From: Eledone cirrhosa
Lineage: Eukaryota
Assembly: GCA_964016885.1 (NCBI GenBank)
Contig: OZ024742.1
Span: 21,638,001 to 21,702,000 of the forward strand
Reading direction: 5' to 3'
DNA length: 64,000 nucleotides
Shown: positions 15,801-29,749 of the stretch, piece after piece
Layout: each line of letters opens with the position of its first letter
Numbering within the stretch: position 1 is the first letter of the stretch
The notes under the pieces: model-generated
Told to the model about the DNA's origin: nothing
The model's database searches: none
Seen by the model: only the letters and a program-made list of their open reading frames with translations
Program-made: the position numbers and the translations under genes

Positions 15801-15990
15801 GGGCAGTGGATTGGCAGTATTGGTAGAGGGTCGGACGCCATCTTTCGAGCATAGTTACGTCCCTTTACGGTCTGAGTTCAAATCCTGCCGAAGTTAACTT
15901 TGCCTTTCATCCTTACGAGCTCGATAAAATAAAGTGCCAGTAATACACTGGGTAATTGCTGGCCTTGTGCCAAAAGTAGAAACAATTACT
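15801..15990 (+). mobile_element. tRNA-derived SINE, full length
   Basis: GGGCAGTGGATTGGCAGTATTGG...GAGTTCAAATCC...AAAGTAGAAACAATTA. Confidence 0.88.
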
Positions 15991-16084
15991 ATATATATAT
16001 ATATATACATACATATTTAGCTAGATAAATAAATAGAGATAGACACAGAAAGAGAGATATATCAATATATATCTATATATATAA

Positions 16085-16164
<80 letters not shown>

Positions 16165-16487
16165 GCTCAGAGAAATAGATATATAAAGAACTACGGAGGG
16201 AGATTGAGACAGAAATAAAGGAGTCACAGAGAATGATACAAAAAACGTTATTGAGATATATATATAGGAAAATATCTTGCATCTCAGATTTCATAGAGAA
16301 TTTTAATAAAAGTGTGAAAGAATATAGGAAGGGAATCTAGAAAGGAAATTAAGATCATGTGACACATTACAATAACTTCAAATTTTTAATCTTTAGTTGT
16401 ACTTTTACTTCATATGATAAAATGATACTTTAGTTGTATGAATGATACCCTCGGTGGAAATATTTACATATACAAGAAAAGTATACG

Positions 16488-16560
<73 letters not shown>

Positions 16561-16738
16561 TCACACACACACACACACACACACATATATACTTGTATTC
16601 TTATATATTTATACATATATACATATGTATAAACGGAAAAAATGAAACGAAATTTCATTTCTCACTCTTAGTACGGCTGTTACTTAAATATAAGTATGTA
16701 TACGTACATACATATATGTATACAGACGTACAGTAGTA

Positions 16739-16795
<57 letters not shown>

Positions 16796-16942
16796 TATTT
16801 TCCGTTGTGTTGTAATATAAATATTACACACAGTAGATTGACAGCTCACGTAGAGTTTGCTCGACGGTTCCAGTTGAAATTCCAAAAGTAATCCGGAGAA
16901 AAATAGAAAGATTTGAATGGATACAGTTTAGTTGAAAGGAAT

Positions 16943-17063
16943 TTATTGACACGTGTTTCTATAACAGTTACATAACCTGAAAACAGCTGCTATCTACAAA
17001 GTACTAGTTATGCAGACAATCAATATTTCAATGTTATTATTTACTGTCATTTCATCAGAATAA
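16943..17063 (-). ncRNA. Type I hammerhead with ~90 nt stem II (3' region of the PLE at 18-19 kb)
   Basis: Minus strand: TTATT CTGATGA A ATGACAGT...ACTGTTAT A GAAAC ACGT GTC/AATAA; palindromic stem III; GUC site. Confidence 0.78.
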
Positions 17064-17611
17064 TATTACTGAGGACCTGTTTGGTTTTTATAGAGAATAT
17101 TAGGAGAGAGGGGTGAAGTTGTAAGAAGAATAGTTGAGGGAGTGGTTTTTTGATAGCAGTGAGAATTTTTGGTGGCAGTGAGTAATTAGATTCCCATCTG
17201 TTGTTTTGACATTTTTATAGAATATATTATTGGTTATTTTTCTAAATCTATAGAGGGATTAGAGATAGTAAAGATATGCGTGGTTGGTTTTGTGTTTGCA
17301 CTTAATTAACATTCAGACTTAAATGTTTTCTTTCCAGTGTACGTATCCTTTCACCCACGCATTCTCACACAAACATATTTGCACCCCTCTACAAAATACA
17401 TATACTCACATTCACATAGTAACATGTTCATACTTACATACATATACACATGCATACATATATATATACACACATGTATTCATGTACATACATACACGCT
17501 CATGTGTGTACATTTTCATACTCAACTTATCTTTATATACACACGTATAGACACACACATATATACATACATACTCTAGTCTATGTGTATATATATACAT
17601 ATACATATATA

Positions 17612-17687
<76 letters not shown>

Positions 17688-17983
17688 TATACACATATAT
17701 ATTAAAGCATTTTAATACATGATTACACTTACATCTAACTATACACATCAAACATATATATATATTTACTTATTTATATACATTTTCACATATATATACA
17801 TACTTATGGTCGCTTTTAGACACATTCATTATCGCATTTTTGCACATATTCTCATCAGCATATCTTTCCATTATTAGTGTGGTAATTTGAGGTTATTAAT
17901 ATACATATATATGTTGAGAAGAAATTGTTTTTATATTTTTCTAACTAGATTGAGGTTTATATAGTTGGGGGGATGTCCCTCTT

Positions 17984-19062
17984 TTATGTAATATTCAGCT
18001 TGTAGTGGGAAAAAAGGGTTTTAGTTCGGTGACGGCAAAATAATGTTCGTTCAATTCTGTTATTCAGCAATTTCTTGTGTGTGATTATGTAATAAATCTC
18101 AAGATTACACAATTTGCAGAAATTTTGGCTCCTGGAAAAGCTTTGGGTTTTAGCTAATTTCTCCCATTTTAGGGTAAACTTTTGATCGCTATTCCTGAGT
18201 GTCCAAGCTTTTTCTGCTAAAGTTGTTACATTTCTTTGGCTCTGGTGTTTTATTGAGTAAGAATGCCTATATAATCGAGATTTAAACGATGTTGCCGTTG
18301 ATCCCACGTAATACCACTCGTTGCCTCCGGATTTAATGGTACACTTATAAATAATATTTTTTTCCAGGCAGTTATTGCCGATGGGGCAGTTGTCAGGATA
18401 GGTGCAGTTACAGTTGTGTACGTTGGGTTTTCTCTGAAGTAGTATTGCGGACGAACTTAGGTGTGGTTTATTTATGTTCTGTAGTGTATTGTCTACTGTT
18501 TTTTTAATTTTCTTTGTACTTAAGTTTTTAGTGTTTTCGTTTAACCTTCTAGTATTGATCTTTTTTATGTGTTGTTCAAGGTTTAATGCTGTAGAGTATG
18601 ACAGTCTTATAGTGGTAGGGTTTAGGATTTTGTGGTATTTGTGTGATGTAGGAAAATGTCTCATAATTATTTTAAAGAAGAGTACTGGTAAATTTGTACT
18701 AATGGAACTATTGTATTCGGGGTTATACCATAAGTACTCTTTGCATCGCTTTCTATTAGTTTTGTTTGTTGGTTTACTGGTGTGCATACTATGGTAGTAA
18801 GTGTGGTTTGGTGTTGTGTTATTATATCTACCTATGTGGGATTTATTTTGGGTGTTTTGATTGTTCCCATCTATATACTCTATTTTGTTGAGGTGGCCTG
18901 CTTTACTAAGGGCGTTATCGTAGTATTCGGCGTGTTTCTTAAATACTTGTATGTTAGAAGATAGACCCGAGATTCTAAGGGAAATATTTTTAGGGATAGA
19001 TTTAATTATAGAGATGGGGTGGTTAGACCCAACATTTACGTATTTGAGATTTTCATTCAATT
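17984..19062 (-). mobile_element. 5'-truncated Penelope-like element (RT thumb + GIY-YIG), open frame
   Basis: YVNVGSNHP...NISLRISGLSS...WYNPEYN...CNCTYPDNCPIGNNCL...YVGSTATSFKSRLYRH...CKLC...CRH. Confidence 0.92.
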
Positions 19063-19220
19063 TATATATATTTATATATATATATATACATATAATCTGA
19101 GCTTTTCGAATATTACGAATAACATTCGATTCGTTTGCAATTATGCAAACAAGCCTCATTTTTAAAGCCATGTCAGTAGAATGAACCCTTCATTATTGCT
19201 TTTGTGTTGGGATGTAAACA

Positions 19221-19270
19221 GAACTGCAGACACTAATGTTTCTGGGTATCACCCTTCATCAGTACAGCTC
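19221..19270 (-). ncRNA. Type I hammerhead
   Basis: Minus strand: GAGCTGTA CTGATGA AGGGT-gat-ACCCA GAAACA-ttag-TGTC/TGCAGTTC. Lies in module 19093-19330, repeated at 22680-22945 and partly at 40290-40500. Confidence 0.85.
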
Positions 19271-19371
19271 ACTGTTCACCTGCCAACTGTCAGAGCTACT
19301 GAAAATATATGCTATTTTCTAAAATATACAGTGATTGATCGGAGTGATATATATATATATATATATATATA

Positions 19372-20652
19372 TTCATTAGTTAAGCAAAACAAGACCAGAA
19401 ATTTCACAAGGAAGACCTTATTAAAAGATTGTCAACATATTGTAGTTTGATGTGAGGAATGTAGAGAATAATAATAATAATAATATTAGTAATAATTGTT
19501 TCTACTTTTAGCACAAGGCCAGCAATTATCCCAGTGTATTACTGGTACTTTATTTTATCGACCCCCGTAAGGATGAAAAGCAAAGTTAATTAATAATAAT
19601 AATGTCCGTTTACAATTATTTCGCTACTCCATATAATGTTTCTGGTTCAGATGACTATATATCATTATTGAGCTGGTTCAGTTGAAAATAATTAACATAT
19701 TTAAAAACAGAGCGGCTCATCAGAACGTCAAAGGAATATAAATTAAAATAAGAAGAGAATGTTACATAATGTAATGTTCCATATATTGGTATTTCACTAT
19801 GGTGTCCTGGTTGTATCAGTTGTCAGCCATAATCAAGCCGTATCCATCTGTCGAGGCTGCATTGTGTGAGATCTGCCTATGAGTAACAAGATGGCTGCCA
19901 AAGGACATATTTACCTTACTAATTACAGGGTGGTTTATAGTTAAGTGCTAATTTTTTAATTTTTTAATTAAGAGACAATGTAGGGGAGGTAACTTATAAT
20001 TATCTAAGTTAGTTATAGCTATTTAACTTATTAGCTACAAGTAAAATTGGGTTAGATGACTATGTTGGGTCAAATATTCTATTGGCGAAGGAATTAGCCC
20101 TTCGATGTTGACAGCTAATAGTTACCTCCGTTCTATCTTTAATCGGTAGAGGTCGTGATAGAGTTATGTAATATGCTTCGGTAATACAGATATCACAAGA
20201 TTTTCTTCGTCCATTGAACGGTTGGGCCCTAGCCACGATATCCCATTTTAGGAGTGTTAAATGTTGCTTAATTTAAGGTTTTTAATGAGCCTAACTAGAG
20301 ATGTCAAACATCTGTTGCTAGGGTCTCGGAAGGAAAAAGAGTGAAATACCAATATATGGAACATTACATTATGTAACATTGTCTCCTTATTTTAATTTAT
20401 ATTTTTTTGAAGTTCCGATGAGCCGCTCTGTTTTTAAATATATTAATTATTTTCAAACTGAACCAGATTAATAATGATATATAGTCATCTGATCCAGAAA
20501 TATTATATGGAGTAGCGAAATAATTGTAAACGGACATTATTATTATTAATTAACTTTGTCTTTCATCCTTACGGGGTCGATAAAATAAAGTACCAGTAAT
20601 ACACTGGGATAATTGCTGGCCTTGTGCCAAAAGTAGAAACAACTATTATTAA

Positions 20653-20687
<35 letters not shown>

Positions 20688-20966
20688 TCTACATTCCTTA
20701 CATCAAACTAAAATATGTTGACAATCTTTTAATAAGGTCTTCCTTGTGAAATTTGTGGTCTTGTTTTGCTTAACTAATGAATATTTCCAACTCTGCGCGC
20801 CTAACCTCTGCATGAACCCAGCCACCTAGCTGCTTTCTACTGCATATTGCACATTGAGCACATGCCTTTACGCTTTGGCTTCTAAATAATTCACCAATCT
20901 CTCCTCTCCTATCTCCTCCCCTATCTCCATCTCTCTCTTTAAGATTGGTTACTCTTGAACTGTGTG
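19372..20966. mobile_element. Large fold-back module (~430 bp arms) with HHR and SINE fragment in each arm
   Basis: 19372-19798 is inverted at 20341-20781. Tail 20778-20966 recurs at 39203-39392. Confidence 0.85.
19607..19727 (-). ncRNA. Type I hammerhead with long stem II (mutated mirror copy at 20412-20531, +)
   Basis: Minus strand: CGTT CTGATGA GCCGCTCT...GGAGTAGC GAAA TAATT GTA/AACG. The mirror copy has CCGATGA. Confidence 0.72.
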
Positions 20967-21257
20967 CATATATATATATATAGCTAGCTAGCTACCTCAC
21001 TATCTATCGATCTATCTGTACATCTATCTAGTTGGCTAGATAACTATTTAGCTAGCTATATGTAAATATATCGGTCGTATCACTAAATTATCCTCCCACA
21101 TCAACCAATTCCGGTAAAATGGCGTGGAGTATTGGCAAGATCGTTAATTCGTCGGAAAAAATGCCATGTGTAATTTAGTTTCGAACCTTTAAGTGCTGAG
21201 TTCAAATTCCATCCTGGTCAACTTTGTATTTTATCTTTAAGGTATCGATAAAATAAT

Positions 21258-21440
21258 ACTTTCTACGTTAGGAACAAGGCCAGCAATTACTCAGTGTATT
21301 ACTGGTACTTTATTTTATCGACCCCGTAAGGATGAAAGACAAAGTTAACCTCGGCGGGATTTGAACTCAGAATGGCAAGGGCCGTAACTCTATAACTCAA
21401 AGCATAGCGTCCGACCCTCTACCGATACTGCCAATCCATC
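21258..21440 (-). mobile_element. Young SINE nested in an older, opposite-strand SINE copy (~21120-21535)
   Basis: Target duplication ATCGATAAAATAAT at ~21244 and ~21438. Confidence 0.82.
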
Positions 21441-21550
21441 GATAAAATAATGTTCCAGTAAAGGATTAATGTCCAACATAATCGATATTCCGTTACCTCT
21501 AAAACTGCTGCCCTTGTGCCTAATTTAGAAATAAGTATTGTTGTTGTTGT

Positions 21551-21595
<45 letters not shown>

Positions 21596-21693
21596 AGCAG
21601 CAGCAGCATAGCAGCAGCCGCAGCAGTGGTGGCGAAAGAAGAAGAAGAAGAAGAAGAAGAAGAAGAAGAAGAAGAAGAAGAAGAAGAAGAAGA
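21551..21693. repeat. (TAG)n/(CAG)n/(GAA)n compound microsatellite
   Basis: Seen directly. Confidence 0.95.
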
Positions 21694-21807
21694 AAATATA
21701 ATCACTGTTAGTACCTGCCCTCCAAACTCCATCTACGCCATATACGCCACCTACTTCCAGTATCCTGTCATTATATGTTACCCTATCTTCACTATACCTA
21801 TATATTA

Positions 21808-21996
21808 ATTGTTTCTACTTTAGGCACAAGGCCAGCAATTATCTCAGTGCATTACTGGTACTTTATTTTATCGACCCCGTAAGGATGAAAGGCAAAGTTA
21901 ACCTCGGTGGGATTTGAACTCAGATCATAAAGGGACGTAACTAGTAACTATGCTAGAAAGCATGGCGTCCGACCCTCTACCGATACTGCCAATCCG
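21808..21996 (-). mobile_element. tRNA-derived SINE
   Basis: Same family as 15801-15990. Confidence 0.85.
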
Positions 21997-22543
21997 CATA
22001 CCCTATATATTCCTATATATTAATAATCCGCATACCCTATATATACCTATATATTAATAAACAAAATACACATTTTAAAATTTATTACATTTTCACGACT
22101 AAATAATGCCTATAAAGGCTACAAAATAAATCATTTATTCTCCATTTGTGACACAAGAATTACAGCGATGTGTTAGAAACGTAAGGTATTTAGCCATCTA
22201 ATTTCCGTTTTCAGGAGTATGAACTAAACTACCTAGTGCTAAACATAAATCCATTGATTTAGTAGCCTTCATTATCTGAATAGTTATTATTTTGAATTAT
22301 TTTGAGATATTAATATTATAGAAGACATTTTTCAACTTACAATCCGTTGAGTTTATATTGGTGACCTTGGGGTAATTATGAAGAGTTATTATGAAGAGTA
22401 ATTATGAAGCCACCATGTATAGATCAAATATATCTGTCATATTTACGTAGAATACGGTACACTTACTTAACTTGGCATGATACATTTAGCCTACATATAT
22501 CAGTTTTTATATCTATTTATCACCCTTTCACTCGCTCCATATC

Positions 22544-22594
<51 letters not shown>

Positions 22595-22619
22595 CCCCTC
22601 TCTCTCTCTCTCTCTCTCA

Positions 22620-22659
<40 letters not shown>

Positions 22660-22839
22660 ATTTATATATATATATATAAATTTCGCTTTCCATGGCTGAA
22701 TACGATAAATGTAATCTGAGTTTTTCGAATATTAATGAAAACATTCGATTCGTTTGCAATTATGCAAACAAGCCTCATTTTTAAAGCCATGTCAGTAGAA
22801 TGAACCCTTAATTCTTGTTCTTGTGTTGGCATGTAAAGA

Positions 22840-22889
22840 GAACTGCAGACACTAATGTTTCAGGGTATCACCCTTCATCAGTACAGCTC
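22840..22889 (-). ncRNA. Type I hammerhead, fully canonical
   Basis: Minus strand: GAGCTGTA CTGATGA AGGGT-gat-ACCCT GAAACA-ttag-TGTC/TGCAGTTC. Confidence 0.9.
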
Positions 22890-23784
22890 ACTGTTCGCCT
22901 GCCAACTGTCAGGGATAGTGAAAATATATGCTATTTTCTAATTAAATAAGAAATTAAGTCCCTAGTGTTGATCTGCGGCTTAACAACAACCAAATAAATA
23001 GTCTATTTTATCCCATAATCTCATCTGCCTCCTTTTCTATTTTCTCTCAATGTCGTCATCCTTACCTCCCTTACACATCATAACCACCATCTGAAGGGTT
23101 GGGAGTAGGGCACATCTGTGGCAGAGTAAAATGACATCCCCCCCTCCCCCCTTCTCATGGAGTTTTGAAATAAGTGGTGTGTCTCTTTGAGATTATGTAA
23201 AGTCCGGGATTTATGCTCATCAACATCATTTTTGTATCTAGTTTGCCACGTTTAGACGGGGTGTTTGACAGTTAGATGTCCTTCCTGGTACCAACACTTC
23301 TAAAAATCTCTTACAGCATGCAGTGTTATGATGCACCTTTTAAAAATTACAGCTCACCTTCCTAAGTAAAGGTTTACCTTTGTAGGCAATAGTTCACCTT
23401 TCTAAACAATAGAATATTCGTGTAAGCAATGCCACGAGGATGCACCTCTCTGAAGGGAGAAGAACTCCAGATGAGTTCCTGATAGCAGGCACCAACGTGG
23501 ATTTCTTATTATGAAGTCAGTGGATGATCTGCCAGAACACTTTAGTTGCTGATCAAAAGTCAAATTATAGCTTAACCCTAAAGTCCTTCCATATCTTAAC
23601 TTCTGATGCCTTTACTGTTTCTGCTGTGACTTTTCACACCTTCTTGTACCACATGTGTTACACCAGACGACCGAGATACTTCTCAAAAATGCTTGGACTG
23701 CCATCGTCTTTAACGTCGAGGGATCCAATTGTTGGAACAAAGAAATTGCCTGCTCGTGAAATTACCATGTAAGTGGCTGAGAAT

Positions 23785-23920
23785 TCCATAGACCCACCAT
23801 CAACGTAGTTCTCGGGGAGATTCAGCGTGACACTGCGTGTGACAAGGCTTGCCCTTTTGAATTACAGGTACAACTAATATTTTTTCAGCTGAGTGGATTG
23901 GATCAACGTAAAATAAAGTA
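23785..23920. repeat. Old dispersed repeat (related pieces ~41900-42000 and 55785-55900)
   Basis: GTAGTTCTCGGGGAGATTCAGCGTGACAC resembles the reverse complement of GTCACACTGAATCTCCCTTAGAATT at 55793. Confidence 0.5.
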
Positions 23921-25517
23921 CCCTCTCATTCAGGCAGTTGTTGATATTTATTTAGGTTCCCAGTAAACAGCAGTCTCCTTACTCAGTGGTGAAATGAACG
24001 AGCATGTGTACTTAGATAATAATAATAAACAAATAACTTCTGCTGTCACAAAGATTAGATACCGTAAAGTTCCGTCTCGAAATACCTCATGCAACCAATA
24101 ACATCTTGAAACGAACTTGTGTAACACAGAGGATCATGATGATGAATGGTGATATTGCTGGTATTAAGGATATATTTGGAGTATCAGCCTAGGCACATCA
24201 GATTCCAATGTATTTTGAAATAACTGTAAAACAAGGCCCTGTCTTATACACTAAAAAAGACATACCCCCACACTTTCAACCTTGATATCTGATAATGATA
24301 AATCGTCTTTCTTTTCTTACCGACATTTATGTATGTCAGTTATTACGGGACATATGTATGTCAGTTATTACGGGACAAAGTGAGTTCATTTTATGTCCTT
24401 ATATAGTCCATTTGTAATTATACCTGGGAACAAATACATCGATTGAGATCATAATCCCAAACTACCTTACCATGCATCACTGCCTCAAATGTCAGTTTTG
24501 TAACAATAGATACTTCCACATATATATTTGTATTATTGTTATCAATATGGTGAAATTTTATCGCTCATATCACTTCAAATGCATTATTTATCTACAGGAA
24601 CTAACACACAAGACCTTTAGTGATTGTATTTCTTAACATTACGCTAGCTTTACATAGCTTACAATCAGGCGAATACCATCAAATTTCAGATTACATTTTC
24701 TTAAGGTTATAGAATTCCACTCGGGATCTTTACATCACCAAGTAAAATAGATACATTAAAAAGAAAGAATCAACAATTCTCAACATTGTTCTTGACTCTC
24801 CTGCACGGTGGAATGGAAGTATCGGGGCAGGATCGGACAACATTCTTTGCGGCATATATTTACGTTATATAATTCTGCCGTATTTATTTTTGCGTTTCAT
24901 CCGTATGGGGTCGATAATATAAGGATTCAGTGACGCAATTTTAATCAATTTTACACTTTGAAGAAGCCATAATTAAAGTTATGCGTTATAATTTCCAAAG
25001 CAAGCCATCTGTATATATTACCATATTTTTTAATACCGTATAACAAACCCAACAAATCCCATCGCTAACCAATAACTTATACAAGGAGAAATGAAGTTAT
25101 AAAAATGCAACAATAAATATATATCAATATAAAGACATAAGATAGTAAATACTTGCTGAAATCGACACCATCTTTATTTTTTTATAAATACATCCACTAC
25201 GTGTTTAACTCAATTTCCTCTAACAGCATGGCTGCTCTTTCAACATCTAATTTGTATAAAGGGAATTAATACTGTAAATTAAATAGATAATTTCTATTTC
25301 AGATGAAAGTCCTTGGTATCACACTTGATAAATAAGATAGAATTAGATAAAGGTAAAACTGTTTGTTAATAAATCTTTTCCAAAAGAATTATTATTGCAA
25401 TATTTATTTCAGGTTACAACTAATTAATTTAAACATTACTGTTATTTCATTTAGAATACTACATTATTCGCAGTCTAGCCGTCTTCGATGTATATGACGT
25501 CAACATCACACACACTC

Positions 25518-25616
<99 letters not shown>

Positions 25617-25779
25617 TGTGTGTACTTGTGTGGTTGTATGTATTTCATACAACCTTATTGTTACTTATTACTTGTGATATATATATATTAGTGTGTACAG
25701 TAATGTTGTTATTGAGTGGAGTATGTACCAATATAAGCACTCTATGATATAGTTATGTGAACATATTACGTTTAACAGA

Positions 25780-26435
25780 TGACTGGCTTGAAATTGAAAG
25801 GAATATCACAGAGTATCTGCTCTTCTCGTCATTTGCCCGAGAAACAAACGTTACATTTCTTGATAGTATTGTGACGTGAGATCGAAACCGGATCCTATAC
25901 AAGCTTCTAAACACTATTCAAAGTCGGAGTTGCACGAAAGAAATGTTATATATTATGCTGTGAAACAACTGCGACAAAGAAATATCCGACAATCTATGAA
26001 ATGCCTCAGAAATTGCATCGTATGTGTTCCGCATTGGTAATTTAAAACGGTGTAATCCGCTTGCAAGACTGTACTTGGGAACTCAACCTACAACGAATGC
26101 TCGAGGTTGAACAACTTGGTTTAATTTATTGATGTTTCACCAACCGATTACAATTTATTGATGTTTCACCAACCGATTACGATTTTTTCAAGCATTCTAA
26201 CAACGTCTTGCAAGGAAAGGTCTTAAGCAACCAAAAAGTCCCATGAAATGTATTCGAAGAATTCATCGCCTCAAGAAGTTCAGACAGGAATGTATCATGG
26301 TGCTGGAATAAATAAACTTGTATCGATTTGGCAAAACTATTTAGATACTAATGGTTTTATTTCGATCAATAAAGTTTACTCTGAACTGAGATAAGTCGTT
26401 TTATATTTAATGTTTAAACACCTTCATTAACTCAT
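25780..26435 (+). pseudogene. Decayed mariner (Hsmar1/cecropia-like) transposase relic
   Basis: FLDSIVT*DRNRILY (cf. FLDRIVTCDEKWILY) at ~25856; SPTDYDFFKH..N.LQGK...FEEFIASRS...GINKLVSIWQNYLDTNG at 26166-26356; multiple stops and deletions. Confidence 0.82.
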
Positions 26436-26448
26436 AAACAACCTGATA

Positions 26449-26480
<32 letters not shown>

Positions 26481-26574
26481 ACAAAGAAAGTGTGGTAAGG
26501 AAGTAGGTGGACCATAACGCACCAGAATACTCGATACTTAGTGTAGTAGACTGGGTAATAGGAAATGAGTCGGG

Positions 26575-26670
26575 ACCCCGACGGCTGAGCTCTGGCCGTT
26601 TCGACAGCTAGATCCAAACTAACCCAGCAGTATTAGGACGGCGAGGATCTAGCTGAACTTATCAAAGAGT
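26575..26670 (-). ncRNA. Type I hammerhead with UUGAUAA (U3-A8) core
   Basis: Minus strand: ACTCT TTGATAA GTT CAGCTAGATCC...GGATCTAGCTG TC GAAACGGC-cagagctca-GCCGTC/GGGGT. Confidence 0.72.
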
Positions 26671-26749
26671 ACAGTCCATATATGAGCATGTAGACAAAAT
26701 ACAAATAAGCAGAAGTATCAAATCAAACCATCCTAAAAACTTGTTGTTT

Positions 26750-26894
26750 TTCTTGTCTCTCACGGGGAGTGGTCAATGATTTGGGGATGATTGGTAGGCC
26801 AGTTCCGCCCCCCCCCCCTCCAACGCCCTGTAGGAATTTAACCATGTACATGACATCCTAAAATCATTGACCACTCCCCGTGATAGACAAGAAA
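26750..26894. repeat. Inverted repeat (~33 bp arms)
   Basis: TTCTTGTCTCTCACGGGGAGTGGTCAATGATTT versus AAATCATTGACCACTCCCCGTGATAGACAAGAA. Confidence 0.85.
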
Positions 26895-26945
26895 CGGCCG
26901 GAGCTTAGCCGTCGTCGGGGTCTCGACACGTTTCCTATATATATA

Positions 26946-27262
26946 TAGTATAAAAAAACGAAAAATCAGTGATGCATCTGAACTCAGTTTATTGCGTGTT
27001 ACAATTGTTTCGCCGGCAGGTAGCTGGAGACATGATCAATGTATGGATCTGGCTGATTCTACGGCTGCAGGTTCCTTCGGACACATTTTCTCACCGTGGA
27101 AATTTGCTCCGAACGAATTGCATGTGTCCGAAGGAACCTGCAGCCGTAGAATCAGCCAGATGCATACAGTGATCATGTCTCGAGCTACCTGCCGGCGAAA
27201 CAATTGTAACACGCAATAAACTGAGTCCAGATGCATCACTGATTTTTCGTTTTGTTATACTA
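26946..27262. repeat. Fold-back module (~140 bp arms) with an HHR-like remnant
   Basis: 26957-27085 is inverted at 27123-27252. GAAACAATTGTA is present but the CUGANGA core is shortened (CTCGA/CTCCA). Confidence 0.85.
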
Positions 27263-27464
27263 TTCACAATCTGCTCTGTATGAATATTGAGTGCTAATTT
27301 TGGCATACCGCCTATGGAAGCCCCATAGCTACCATTAGACACACGTATATATATATATATATATGTTTATATATATAGGTAAGTTATTCCGGGTTGAATC
27401 GGAGGTAACCACAGTAAGTAAGGTACTCAATACATAGCAGAGTATAAAAGTTTTAATAGAGATG

Positions 27465-27515
27465 AGATTCTACAGGACTAGAACTGTTTCATTCTTTAGA
27501 AATCATCAGGAATCT
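27465..27515 (-). ncRNA. Type I hammerhead
   Basis: Minus strand: AGATTC CTGATGA TTTCTAAAGAAT GAAACAG-ttctagtc-CTGTA/GAATCT. Confidence 0.82.
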
Positions 27516-27958
27516 GGCTTTCCAAAAATAAATGTAGTGGTATTTATATCTTTTAAGGTGGTAGGAGAGGGTGGGGAGTGGGATGGGTGGAGGTCGTTGG
27601 TTGAAAGAAAAGGGAATTCATTAAAAGCTAATTCTTTAAGTCTATAGATTATATTTAGAGTGACAATGGCAGAGAGGATTCTATAAACACGTTCAGAATG
27701 GGGTGCCACTCCTAATTTTTAAGTTTCTCTTAAGCTAACAATGCCTATATTTCAGGTGTCTCTAAGGTGGTTGGGGGTCAGTCACGGTTGATGGATTTAC
27801 AGAAAAGGGTAATTCTTTAAAAACTAATTCTTTAAAGCTCTACTTAGAGTGACAAAGGCCAAGAGAATTCTATAAACAAGTTCAAAATATTGGGTGTCTA
27901 TCATTATTATTATATTTCTCTTAAGCTATATTCCAGGTGTCAACAGACATATTCACAT

Positions 27959-27989
<31 letters not shown>

Positions 27990-28006
27990 CATATCTATAT
28001 ATATAA

Positions 28007-28099
<93 letters not shown>

Positions 28100-28199
28100 A
28101 AATTGAGGTTGGTAATGGCACATGGAATATATAAGAGACAGAATACTTTTTTGTGAAAAAACATAATTTTATAATGTAAGGAAATAATAAAGGGTATAA

Positions 28200-28247
28200 A
28201 AAAAGACCGGTTTCGATGGGTCTGCAAAAGCCATCTTTTCAAATGTT
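28200..28247 (-). ncRNA. Hammerhead with UUGAAAA (U3-A8) core, weak stem I
   Basis: Minus strand: TTGAAAA GATGG-cttttgcagac-CCATC GAAACCGGTC. Confidence 0.6.
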
Positions 28248-28815
28248 GATTAATATTAAGAAAAATTAATAATACGAAGAGTTAAAATTTGAGATTTGAA
28301 AATTTATGTATGAAATACATTGTGGGATTTCATAGCAGTTTTCATCTAGGTAGCAACAACAGGTTGACTGCTGTGTCCCTTTCTGGTAGTGAATGAGAAG
28401 TTATTTGGGGTGTGGGTTATTTTATAAAGGTCAGATTTAGCAATCGCCAACTGGCCAGCTGCTGGTCAGTGAGGGGTGGAAGCAATATACATACACATAT
28501 CTTCCTGTGGTGGGTAGGAGAGTGGAGCGTGATAGAAATGGATTTAGTGCACTTACACCTATATATACACACACATATACCTTCATCCACACATACATAC
28601 ATATACATATACATATACATATATATATATATATATACATATACACACATACATACACACACACATACATATACATACACACATACACACACACACATAT
28701 ATACACATACACACACATATATATATATATAATATATACACACACACACACATATATATACACACATACATCCAGATACACACATAGATACACACACACA
28801 CATATATATATATAT

Positions 28816-28898
<83 letters not shown>

Positions 28899-29142
28899 TA
28901 CATACACACACACACATATATATACATACACACATACAAACATACACACACACACACATATATATACACATACACACACATATATATACACACACACACA
29001 CACACGCATATTCCATGTGCCATTACCAACCTCAATTTTCTCTATAACCCTCGTTTTGTGTAGAAAATTACTACACTTTTCATATATATATATATGTATG
29101 TGTGTATATGTATGTATATATGTATGTGTGTGTATATGTATG

Positions 29143-29194
<52 letters not shown>

Positions 29195-29225
29195 CATATA
29201 CACACACATACATATATACATACAT

Positions 29226-29282
<57 letters not shown>

Positions 29283-29329
29283 TATATATACACACATATA
29301 CATATATACACATACGTACATACAAGCAT

Positions 29330-29394
<65 letters not shown>

Positions 29395-29421
29395 TACATA
29401 CATACACACATACATACATAT

Positions 29422-29452
<31 letters not shown>

Positions 29453-29541
29453 CATACAAACATACATATATATATACTTACATATATACACACATAGACA
29501 CATATATATATATACATACATATATATACACACATATACAC

Positions 29542-29594
<53 letters not shown>

Positions 29595-29605
29595 CACATA
29601 CATAT

Positions 29606-29724
<119 letters not shown>

Positions 29725-29749
29725 CATATACACATACATATATATATAT

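Noticed and set aside
15801-15890. tRNA gene
   Set aside because: A/B boxes are too far apart, there is no cloverleaf, and it continues into a SINE body and tail.
19063-19171. N-terminus MALKMRL... of the 395 aa ORF
   Set aside because: It comes from a separate non-coding module joined across a TA tract; PLE homology starts at ~19062.
26969-27239. Mirror-image ORFs of 67 aa on both strands
   Set aside because: A consequence of the inverted repeat; no recognisable protein.
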